Assembly (NCBI GenBank): GCA_963675915.1
Contig: OY780959.1
Coordinates: forward strand, 1,020,001-1,052,000
DNA from: Coprobacillaceae bacterium
GTDB taxonomy: Bacteria; Bacillota_I; Bacilli_A; Erysipelotrichales; Coprobacillaceae
Reading direction: 5' to 3'
Length of the DNA stretch: 32,000 nt
Both the position numbers and the translations under genes were made by a program. This document shows, one piece after another, positions 1 to 8,927 of the stretch. Under the pieces are notes generated by a model. It was not told where the DNA came from. It did not search any database and saw nothing but the letters and a program-made list of their open reading frames with translations. The first letter of the stretch is position 1. Each line of letters opens with the position of its first letter.

Positions 1-145
1 ATGGTCAGATCACTATTGGCAGCCTCAGTAAATATCACCTGCCACTGATCATCAGAATAATTCAAATCATCACACCTCCAATTCGATGTGATAATCATAC
101 CATCAATGAACTCGACAACCTACCACCGCTCTATTTGACGCATAC
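1..145 (+). mobile_element. Right-end remnant of a second IS66-family-like element (called X here), cut by the window edge
   Basis: Ends CCACCGCTCTATTTGACGCATAC (123..145). Its reverse complement GTATGCGTCAAATAGAG resembles the GTAAGCGTCAAATAGA termini of the adjacent intact IS66. About 75 nt match, inverted, the fragment at 3378..3452. Confidence 0.55.
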
Positions 146-232
146 AATGTAAGCGTCAAATAGATGACACGTTTTAAAATTTAGTGCCTCGGGTTATAAT
201 TTCGTTGTAAGTTATAACAGGAGGTACTTTTT

Positions 233-526
233 ATGAATGCTCAAGAGCGTTATGATTATTGGAATGGTCTAGTTAAAAATTGGCGGATTTCCGGGAAATC
301 CATTAGCCGTTGGTGCATGGAAAATGGGATCAACAAGAATTCGTTTTATAAATGGCGTAAGATCATTGATACTGATGAACTCAGCCAACCGGTTAAGTCT
401 GATGGCCGTTTCTTCGCCCCGGTATTGATTGACAATCCCACCAGGAAGATTACAATCACTGTCAACGATGTGGAACTGACATTTGATGAGTCTCTGCTTT
501 GTAAAGTGATTGGGGCTATCAAATGA
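233..526 (+). CDS. tnpA: IS66-family accessory protein TnpA (HTH)
   Basis: 97-aa ORF, first of the IS66 triplet, with a W/K-rich HTH-like segment (ISRWCMENGINKNSFYKWRK). Stop overlaps the next start (ATGA). Confidence 0.8.
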   Translation: MNAQERYDYWNGLVKNWRISGKSISRWCMENGINKNSFYKWRKIIDTDELSQPVKSDGRFFAPVLIDNPTRKITITVNDVELTFDESLLCKVIGAIK

Positions 527-882
527 TTATCAACACTGATGATGTCAAACATATTTATCTTGCCACTGGACATGTCGACATGCGCAAGTCAATCGATGGT
601 TTGTCTTTGATAGTGGCCATGGAGTTTGATTTGGATGTGATGAACGGCAGCTTGTTCATTTTTGTCAACCGGGCTCGCAACAGGATGAAGATTCTTTATT
701 ACGAAAATGGTGGGTTTTGGCTGTTTCTCAAACGGCTTGAAAGCGGAAAGTTCAAGGTTCGTGAAGATGAGAATTCAAACACCAGAGTCATTGATGAAAG
801 ACAGTTTCGCTGGTTGCTCGAGGGCCTTGAAATCGATCAAAAATATGCATTTAAAAACATGGAAAATCGGCTTATTATCTAG
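523..882 (+). CDS. tnpB: IS66-family Orf2 / TnpB
   Basis: 119 aa with the characteristic HIYLATGHVDMRKSIDGLSLIV...FIFVNRARNRMKILYYENGGFWLFLKRLE pattern of IS66 Orf2 proteins. Confidence 0.88.
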   Translation: MIINTDDVKHIYLATGHVDMRKSIDGLSLIVAMEFDLDVMNGSLFIFVNRARNRMKILYYENGGFWLFLKRLESGKFKVREDENSNTRVIDERQFRWLLEGLEIDQKYAFKNMENRLII

Positions 883-914
883 TAACTTGGCCGATTTTTT
901 GGTATAATCTAGAT

Positions 915-2486
915 ATGAAAAATACCGTTAATATCAAGAAAATGTCACGTGAGGAATTAGAAAAATCCTACATGGCTTTACATACAAAAGTAGAACAATT
1001 ATCTCAAGAGAACAGCTGGTACAAGGAACAGGTCAGACTGCAGCAGAAGAAATTGTTTGGTCAATCGTCTGAAAAAGTTCATGTTGATCAGTTGTCTTTG
1101 TTTGATGAGATTGAATTTGAATCAACACCGATCAATGATGAATCAAATATCACCGAAGTAAAATCTCATAAGCGCAAAAAGAAATCAAGAATTATGGATT
1201 TGGATTCCTTGAAGAACACTACGATTGATTATGTTTTGAGTGCTGATGAAAAGGTTTGTCCTAAATGCAATCATGAATTGCATGAGATGTCGAAAAAAGT
1301 TCGCAAAGAACTTATTTTCGTTCCTGCCAAAGTGGAAGTGATTAATCATGTCGAACACATCTACAGCTGCCGCAATTGCGAGAAGAACGACATCGAAGCA
1401 ACCATTATCAAAGCTAATGGACCAACGCCATTGATCAGCGGTAGCATTGCTTCAGCTTCACTGGTGGCAAATATCATCAATGACAAGTATGTCAAATCGT
1501 TGCCGTTATACCGTCAGGAAGTTTCCTATCAAAGAATGAGGATCAATCTGAATCGTCAGAACATGTCAAACTGGCTGATCAGGGTATCAAATAACTACTT
1601 CAAACCATTGATTGACTACATGTATAAACAGCTGATGAAGGCCCAGTATATCAATGCCGATGAGACCAGCGTCCAAGTGCTACATGAACCAGGTAAAGCG
1701 GCATCATCGAAATCATACATGTGGGTCTATATGACTGGCAGAAGCGAAGCCAATCAATACGTACTGTTTAACTACGAGCCAAGCCGCGCCCATAAGCACG
1801 CCGTTAATTACCTTGAAGATTTCAAAGGAGTTTTGATATCAGACGGTTACCAGGCATATGACAAAGTCGAAGGTGTAACTCAGGCAGGTTGTTGGGCTCA
1901 TGCTAGAAGGAAATTCAAAGAAGCTTTGGATCTGGTTCCTAAAAATGTCAATCTTGAGTCTACCGAGACATATAAATGTTTCGCAATGATCAACGAGCTG
2001 TTCGCCATAGAGAGAAAGCACAAAGATTGCGATTATGACAAACTGACCAAAATTCGGCAGGAAAAGTCATTGAAGAAAGTGAATGAATTCTTCAAAAAAA
2101 TCCATGAACTTAAAAAGGTTGCTCTACCTAAATCTCATTTAGGCGAAGCAATCAACTATGCTTACAATCAAGAATCAAAGTTGAGAACATATATTAGTGA
2201 TGGGAGAATAGATATCAGCAACAATGCAGCTGAAAACATCATCAGACCGTTCACTGTCGGCCGCAAGAATTGGCTGTTTATGAATACAGTTAAAGGTGCC
2301 AATAGCAGTTCCTACATTTACAGCTTGGTTGAGTCAGCCAAAATGAACAATCTCAAACCATATGATTATTTCCAGTATATCCTAGACCGTTTGCCGGATC
2401 TGGATATAACTGATGAAAAATCATTGGAAACAGTAATGCCGTGGGCAAAACTGCCAAAAGAACTGTATATCACTAAAAAATCATAG
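915..2486 (+). CDS. tnpC: IS66-family DDE transposase TnpC
   Basis: 523 aa with an N-terminal coiled coil, zinc finger CPKC...CRNC, NADETSVQVL and DGYQAY...AGCWAHARRKF catalytic-core motifs. Confidence 0.92.
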   Translation: MKNTVNIKKMSREELEKSYMALHTKVEQLSQENSWYKEQVRLQQKKLFGQSSEKVHVDQLSLFDEIEFESTPINDESNITEVKSHKRKKKSRIMDLDSLKNTTIDYVLSADEKVCPKCNHELHEMSKKVRKELIFVPAKVEVINHVEHIYSCRNCEKNDIEATIIKANGPTPLISGSIASASLVANIINDKYVKSLPLYRQEVSYQRMRINLNRQNMSNWLIRVSNNYFKPLIDYMYKQLMKAQYINADETSVQVLHEPGKAASSKSYMWVYMTGRSEANQYVLFNYEPSRAHKHAVNYLEDFKGVLISDGYQAYDKVEGVTQAGCWAHARRKFKEALDLVPKNVNLESTETYKCFAMINELFAIERKHKDCDYDKLTKIRQEKSLKKVNEFFKKIHELKKVALPKSHLGEAINYAYNQESKLRTYISDGRIDISNNAAENIIRPFTVGRKNWLFMNTVKGANSSSYIYSLVESAKMNNLKPYDYFQYILDRLPDLDITDEKSLETVMPWAKLPKELYITKKS

Positions 2487-2618
2487 AAATATGATCTTTT
2501 AGTGCATCAACGTAAATATCCAACTGAGCCCATTATACACTGGGGCTCTTTTCATTTGTAGGTGCCTTCTATTTGACGCTTACCATACAATTGACCGCGA
2601 AGGAGATTAAGGGCCTCA

Positions 2619-2666
2619 AAAAAGGAATCCCAAGACGGTAACAAACTGTCCCATGGATTCCTTTTT
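2619..2666. terminator. Hairpin with A/T-flanked 12-bp perfect stem (bidirectional terminator-like)
   Basis: AAAAAGGAATCC (2619..2630) pairs with GGATTCCTTTTT (2655..2666). The loop is 24 nt. It lies in orphan DNA between the IS66 and a solo IR. Confidence 0.35.
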
Positions 2667-2686
2667 GCATACCATTAAATATTTTT

Positions 2687-2709
2687 CCACCGCTCTATTT
2701 GACGCATAC
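2687..2709 (+). repeat. Solo 23-bp terminal repeat of IS66-like element X
   Basis: CCACCGCTCTATTTGACGCATAC is identical to 123..145. It abuts and truncates the IS3 orfA stub. Confidence 0.7.
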
Positions 2710-2946
2710 CTTTAAAATATCATTTTCCATCTTCAATTTTTGGTTTTCCTTGCGTAGCCGGATTAACTCGTTTTCTTCAGGACTGCGATTATCTTTTTCT
2801 TTGAAAGATCCGCTGTCACTGGACTGTCTAATCCATTTCCCAAATGATGAGGGTGTCAAATCATACTCTCTGATAATCTCGCTTAGCGGTTTTCCACTAC
2901 GGTATAAATTTACCATTTGTTGTTTGAATTCTTTACTATATTTCAT
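2695..2946 (-). pseudogene. IS3-family OrfA, C-terminally truncated
   Basis: MKYSKEFKQQMVNLYRSGKPLSEIIREYDLTPSSFGKWIRQ...ENQKLKMENDILK then runs into foreign IR sequence (VCVK*). ATG at 2946 is preceded by AAGGAG. Confidence 0.8.
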
Positions 2947-3029
2947 GTTGTCAGCTCCTTCTTTGCGGTAACTTAATACTACCACAAATATTTGTGTGTT
3001 TCACTGACAACTATCCTAACACACAGGGC
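2710..3029 (-). mobile_element. 5' stub of an IS3-family element (chimeric left end), truncated at its frameshift heptamer
   Basis: The left terminus and 5' UTR (2947..3029) differ by 2 nt from 20496..20568. The coding part matches the orfA at 31481..31765. It is cut right after TTTTAAAG by the solo IR at 2687..2709. Confidence 0.8.
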
Positions 3030-3142
3030 AACCCTACCTACTCCAAATTCATCCGTCATTTAACAACTTAAAAATTCAAATAATATAATTTGAAGTAATA
3101 TTGTAGCTCAAATAGTATATATTATTGAAGGAGGTGATTTTA

Positions 3143-3352
3143 ATGAAAAATTTCCTAGTCAATGAATAAAACACGATTAAATCTCTTGAACTCGAGTCGG
3201 TAATTGAGATATTAGTATTGTTACAAAACATTGATTCAGAATACAATATTTCAATTGTTAATATAAATAAAATACTTACTCTTCCAATATTAACTCTAAT
3301 TGATATATCAAACTATTTAAGAAGCCTTGACATAAATGAAATAAAAAATTAA
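3143..3352 (+). pseudogene. Orphan small ORF (69 codons) with an in-frame TAA after codon 8
   Basis: Near-perfect SD GAAGGAGGTG (3128..3137) precedes ATG 3143. TAA at 3167..3169 is followed by 60 further sense codons in the same frame until TAA 3350..3352. A 60-codon open stretch is improbable in such A/T-rich DNA. Confidence 0.4.
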
Positions 3353-3377
3353 CTTAACAGATTTTCATTTCATTATC

Positions 3378-3452
3378 GTATGCGTCTAATAGAACAGTGG
3401 TAGGTTGTCGAGGCCATTGATGTTTTAAAATCACATCGAATTGTAGGCGTGA
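3378..3452 (+). mobile_element. Left-end fragment of IS66-like element X
   Basis: GTATGCGTCTAATAGAACAGTGGTAGGTTGTCGAG... is the inverted counterpart of 71..145, with a few mismatches. No transposase follows. Confidence 0.6.
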
Positions 3453-3513
3453 GTCCGTATATTACAGAAGAAGTCTGGGGTCGACCGATGTAGGTCCAAA
3501 ATAGCTCCGTATT

Positions 3514-3539
3514 CCCGAGCGCAACAAGTTCAATATACT
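3514..3539. repeat. 26-nt repeat, left copy (inverted partner at 17199..17224)
   Basis: CCCGAGCGCAACAAGTTCAATATACT versus the reverse complement of AGTATATTGAACTTGTAAAGCTCGGG: 23 of 26 positions match. Confidence 0.5.
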
Positions 3540-3572
3540 ACTACAAGCGATATAAGACATTCCCGCGAAATA

Positions 3573-4529
3573 TTATAAATTCGTTCTTTCCCCTAAGCAA
3601 ATTAAACTCAAAAATCTTGAATATCTGAGTATGTATACTACTGCTAAACTAAAATATATTATAACAAACGAAAATGCAAATGTTGTCAATGCTAGAATTA
3701 AAAAATTACCACTATTTAGTACTTGATTATTAGCACAAAAAGAGGAAATTATTGCTCCTATTGGCAACAAATTTGGAAGAAAGAAATAATGTAACATGTA
3801 AATTGGAAGGGTATTTTTTCCAAAAATCATTAAGAAGGAAGGTAATCTAGCATCATAATACTTAAATAAATTAGTTAGAAGTATACATACAAAAAATCCT
3901 TGTATTTTAAAGTTAAATACAAAATTTGAGTTTAAAAGCCACAACCCAAAATATAATAATAGCGATAAAGTAAAGATTTTTTTATTAATTATTATATCTT
4001 GATAATAATAAAATATTATACCAAAAGTAAAAAAAGGGAACATTTTAATAAAATATAATCCAAATGGCAAAAAAAAGAGTAAACCTTTTTCATATAAAAA
4101 AACACATAAACTCCATGTTAATAGCATCGAAAAAATGAATAATATTTTCTTTCTGAAAATAAACCTTAAGATAATTGTAATTAATGACGAATAAAATAAC
4201 GCTGGTAAAAACCAATAGATTCCTATCTTGCTAATTTCAAAGCCAGAAACCGAGAGATAAATTAAACTGAATGATCCAAATGGTATCATCAATCTAGTAA
4301 TTTTCTTAACAATTGAAGATAAAAAAGCCCCAATAGAATAAATAATTTCCCCATTGACAATAAAGTAGCCACTTATGAACATAAAAATAGGCAAATGTAT
4401 ACTACCATAGAAACGATTAAAAAAAACATCGTTTATTCCATATGATTTTTCTGCTACATGGCCCATAACAACTAAAAGAATTGCTAAACCCCGTAATTTA
4501 TCCATATAATCCATTCGATATTTAATCAT
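3573..4529 (-). CDS. Membrane acyltransferase family 3 (putative sugar O-acetyltransferase)
   Basis: Polytopic hydrophobic protein with the N-terminal MDKLRGLAILLVVMGHV motif typical of Acyl_transf_3. ATG at 4529 has GGAGG 8 nt upstream; the ORF-track start at 4544 is a TTG inside the SD. Confidence 0.8.
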   Translation of the reverse strand: MIKYRMDYMDKLRGLAILLVVMGHVAEKSYGINDVFFNRFYGSIHLPIFMFISGYFIVNGEIIYSIGAFLSSIVKKITRLMIPFGSFSLIYLSVSGFEISKIGIYWFLPALFYSSLITIILRFIFRKKILFIFSMLLTWSLCVFLYEKGLLFFLPFGLYFIKMFPFFTFGIIFYYYQDIIINKKIFTLSLLLYFGLWLLNSNFVFNFKIQGFFVCILLTNLFKYYDARLPSFLMIFGKNTLPIYMLHYFFLPNLLPIGAIISSFCANNQVLNSGNFLILALTTFAFSFVIIYFSLAVVYILRYSRFLSLICLGERTNL

Positions 4530-4786
4530 ATAAATGACCTCCAAATATATTTTTCATAAAGAATTTTCTTTAAGTTAAAATTCAAATAATAATCAGACAA
4601 TTAATGTGACTACAAATAATATTAATTATGTAATACTATTTTTAATTATTCAAATTTTAGATGCATCAATAAGCGATAAAATTAAAAATGTAGAAACTTA
4701 CACCAAGAAATTCAATAAATTCCATTTTTCTAGTAAATTCATATTTATCGTTTTCTAGTCTCTATAATAAAGATTTATTGAATAGA

Positions 4787-5316
4787 TTAATCCTCGATTA
4801 AATTCAACGCCTCTTCCATTCGATTGACAATTATCACGTCAGAAATCTTCTAACAATTCGACCATATCATTAATAACTCGTTAGTTGTAGAAATTTTCTT
4901 CTTTCAATGTTGATTCATAGACTACTACTTGATACCTTTTCCTTTAATTCGTTTCGTGATACCTTGAATCTCAGATTTTCTGAAATCATAAGAACCAGTT
5001 TTCATCTTCAAGCGATACACCCCAACAATCTTAGGTTAACGTTCAATGATTATATTAGCATATGTACTTTTCTAGTCCGGTTGGAATCAACAGTTGCTTG
5101 AATCCTGTTTTGGGTTACATAAATTTAGTTAGCCAATAATTGATTTATATCTTTAGGCAAGCAATATCCACCGTATCCAAATGATGGGTTATTTCTTTTC
5201 ATTTAGCATTTTATCTTTTCTTCAATAATATCTACTGCTGATACTTCATTATATTGAGCCAACAAAACTGCAATTGATAATCCAACATATCCTGTTCCAA
5301 ATACTGCAACTTTCAC
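4787..5316 (-). pseudogene. ugd: Relic of UDP-glucose 6-dehydrogenase
   Basis: Minus-strand translation gives VKVAVFGTGYVGLSIAVLLAQYNEV (Rossmann N-terminus), FGYGGYCLPKDINQLLAN (catalytic Cys loop) and [32 protein letters not shown] (C-terminal domain). The pieces are separated by stops, frameshifts and large deletions: about 0.53 kb remains of an expected ~1.2 kb. Confidence 0.75.
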
Positions 5317-5321
5317 TTTTA

Positions 5322-6260
5322 CTATTCACCTTGTCTCAAATATTCTAACATCTCTACTATGGTAGCCTCAATAGAATATTCAGGGTGCCAGTTGATATTA
5401 TTCTTCAACTTTGTTATATCCGCTTCAATAACCGGGATATCTATCGGTCTTAACTTATCACGATCAACCGTAATAGTCACTTCCTCTTGTGCATGCTTTA
5501 GAATTGTATCTAAAATTTCATCAAGCGCGATTGCCCTTCCACTTCCTACATTATATATTTCACCGGCATGACCATTTTGAATCAAAAGAACATACGCTTT
5601 TACAATATCACGAATATCGGTGAAGTCACGCCTTGCAGTCAAATTACCAACCTTTATGATTGGATCTTGCACTCCCTTTTCAATATCGACAATTTGTTGA
5701 CAGAAGTTTGCAATTGCAAAAACCGATTCCTGACCCGGACCGATATAGTTAAATGTTCTGGCAGACATAATTTCTAAGCCATAGGCATCACAGTAAATGT
5801 TAGCCAATTTGCTTTGGAAAGCTTTAGTTGCTGCAAAAACGTTACCAGGACGAGTATTGCTCTCTTCGTTAATCGATAAATTGCTTTGTTCAATTTGACC
5901 ATATTCATCTCCAGTACCAACTAAGAGGACTCTTGGTTTATAATCCAGATCTTTTATTGCTTCAAGAACGTTTAATGTTCCTTTGATATTAATATCAACA
6001 GTTTGACTTGGATTTTCCCATGATTGTCCTACTGAAGATTGGCCGGCTAATTGGAAAATCCAGTCCGGTTTGAATTCAGCCAAAACGTTTATTACTTCAC
6101 CTTGATTTAATATATCAAAATTGATAACGTTACTCAATTCACTAGCATAATTAGTATCCTTACTTTTGGTGATAAGGACTTCCATACCACCAAGTTTCAA
6201 GAGTTCTTTTTCCAAAAAAGGTTCTACAAATCCCATTCCACCAAGTATTAGTGATTTCAT
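5322..6260 (-). CDS. Extended-SDR, GDP-6-deoxy-D-mannose reductase (Rmd)-like, with non-canonical catalytic and cofactor motifs
   Basis: 312 aa. LAGQSSVGQSW, VGTGDEYGQ, ARTFNYIGPGQ and VGNLTARRDFTDIRDIV align to Rmd-type GDP-4-keto-6-deoxymannose reductases. The YxxxK is FAATK, and GxxGxxG is GGMGFVE. Confidence 0.65.
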   Translation of the reverse strand: MKSLILGGMGFVEPFLEKELLKLGGMEVLITKSKDTNYASELSNVINFDILNQGEVINVLAEFKPDWIFQLAGQSSVGQSWENPSQTVDINIKGTLNVLEAIKDLDYKPRVLLVGTGDEYGQIEQSNLSINEESNTRPGNVFAATKAFQSKLANIYCDAYGLEIMSARTFNYIGPGQESVFAIANFCQQIVDIEKGVQDPIIKVGNLTARRDFTDIRDIVKAYVLLIQNGHAGEIYNVGSGRAIALDEILDTILKHAQEEVTITVDRDKLRPIDIPVIEADITKLKNNINWHPEYSIEATIVEMLEYLRQGE

Positions 6261-6262
6261 AC

Positions 6263-6307
6263 TTACATTGAATGATTAATTTGAATCCATTTGTAAAAAT
6301 TAATCAT
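6263..6307 (-). promoter_or_regulatory. 14-codon upstream ORF, possibly translationally coupled to the Rmd-like gene
   Basis: AAAGGAAAGG precedes ATG at 6307. The uORF encodes MINFYKWIQINHSM. Its stop TAA (6263..6265) lies 2 nt before the main ATG (6260), which has no SD of its own. Confidence 0.3.
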
Positions 6308-6602
6308 CCTTTCCTTTCATATTATTTTAATTATATGATGATAAATGAGCTACATTTTATGATTACTATAGATTGTCCATCATGATAAGATTATGCATAT
6401 TTGTTTACTATATCTTTCAAATTATACAATTTTTTACAGCTGAACGTTCAATTATACTTATTCAGAAGGCATAAAATCTCATTTGGTTAAATTAATAATA
6501 ATCTTAATTATCTATTAAAATTGTATCCATTTATTTTAATACTTTCCTATATAAAAGTATTTCATACTAAACACATTAAATCACAAGTAAAAATCATATT
6601 TA

Positions 6603-7538
6603 CTATATTTTCGATATTATGAGCTTTTGCACTTTGTTACTTACATAGCTTAAAATTTCAGCAAAGCAAATAATTAATATAGTAATAATCAAGAAATTTA
6701 CTGGGAAAACATGGTCTTTAAAATTCATAATAACGATTCTTTGCACTAGATATATTTCCAAGGTTCTAGAAGATAGATAAAAACATAATTTCATAATAAA
6801 TTTATTGCTTATATGGGTGAATATTGCCTCCATCCTATATAAAATCATCATTATTGAAAAAGCCCATATGAAGGTAGTTAATTGAACTGTGAACTGGAAG
6901 TGCATTAAAAACGCATACTTCATCATAACAAATTTTATAAGTACAAAAAAAATGCTAAATGTTGAAAATATAACTAAAATTGTTGATAATTTAATACGAT
7001 TAAAAATTGCAATATTATTGCGTATATAACCTCCAGCGATCATGATAGTAAAATAAGGAAGCCATTTAAAGTATCCAGACTCGACCGTCCATACACTTGT
7101 ATCTAGTAAAGTTAAGTAAATAATTGCATAGATAAAAATCAATGATGGTGCTAATAAATTAAACTTGAACTTTAAACCAGAAGAAAAAATCATGTAATAA
7201 AATAAGCAAAAGACAATATATGCTGGTAAGAACCAGTATGAAGTTGGCAAAACAAACTCATTAAATAAAATTTGAGGTTCCAAAGAATCGTAACTAATAA
7301 AAATAGTTATAGTTTCAATAATTAATAACGGTACGTATATCCTTACAAATCGTTTGGTTATCCAAACTTTAAAAGGTTCCCTAATATTTACCATGATAAA
7401 TCCAGATGCCAAGAAAAAAAGTGAATTTCCCAATGCTCCCCCTGTTGCAATAGCCGCTATTGGATAAACTTCATCAAGATGAGAGTTTGTGATTAATACA
7501 CAAGCCAACGCCTTCATAACTATAATAAATTCGAACAT
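6603..7538 (-). CDS. Polytopic membrane protein, acyltransferase-3-like
   Basis: 311 aa, about 9-10 hydrophobic segments. The N-terminal IVMKALACVLITNSHL and GNSLFFLASGF resemble Acyl_transf_3 members of EPS loci. SD AGGAGGGG sits 2 nt upstream of the ATG. Confidence 0.6.
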   Translation of the reverse strand: MFEFIIVMKALACVLITNSHLDEVYPIAAIATGGALGNSLFFLASGFIMVNIREPFKVWITKRFVRIYVPLLIIETITIFISYDSLEPQILFNEFVLPTSYWFLPAYIVFCLFYYMIFSSGLKFKFNLLAPSLIFIYAIIYLTLLDTSVWTVESGYFKWLPYFTIMIAGGYIRNNIAIFNRIKLSTILVIFSTFSIFFVLIKFVMMKYAFLMHFQFTVQLTTFIWAFSIMMILYRMEAIFTHISNKFIMKLCFYLSSRTLEIYLVQRIVIMNFKDHVFPVNFLIITILIICFAEILSYVSNKVQKLIISKI

Positions 7539-7757
7539 AACCCCTCCTATTTTATTACTTAGTATTAATATTGAGTATTTTAACCTGCGTTTCCAAATAT
7601 TTTAGAAACGCTATTGATTAGAAATATTTGGATAGTTATTGAGAAATTTTTTCGTGATGGAATAATAAATCTACTCAAGCAAAAATTCTGATAGATCAAA
7701 ATACATCTACGCAAAATTTAAAACAATTCAACATATTAAATATTAATGTACATGCTT

Positions 7758-8888
<1,131 letters not shown>

Positions 8889-8927
8889 TTACTTTTGTCG
8901 GATATTTACTATTTCTTAAGAACTGTA

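Larger units (their letters stand above)
149..2583 (+). mobile_element. Intact IS66-family insertion sequence (2435 bp)
   Basis: Three-gene tnpA/tnpB/tnpC layout. Termini are GTAAGCGTCAAATAGA (149..164) and inverted TCTATTTGACGCTTAC (2568..2583). Perfect 8-bp target-site duplication CATACAAT at 141..148 and 2584..2591. Confidence 0.9.
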
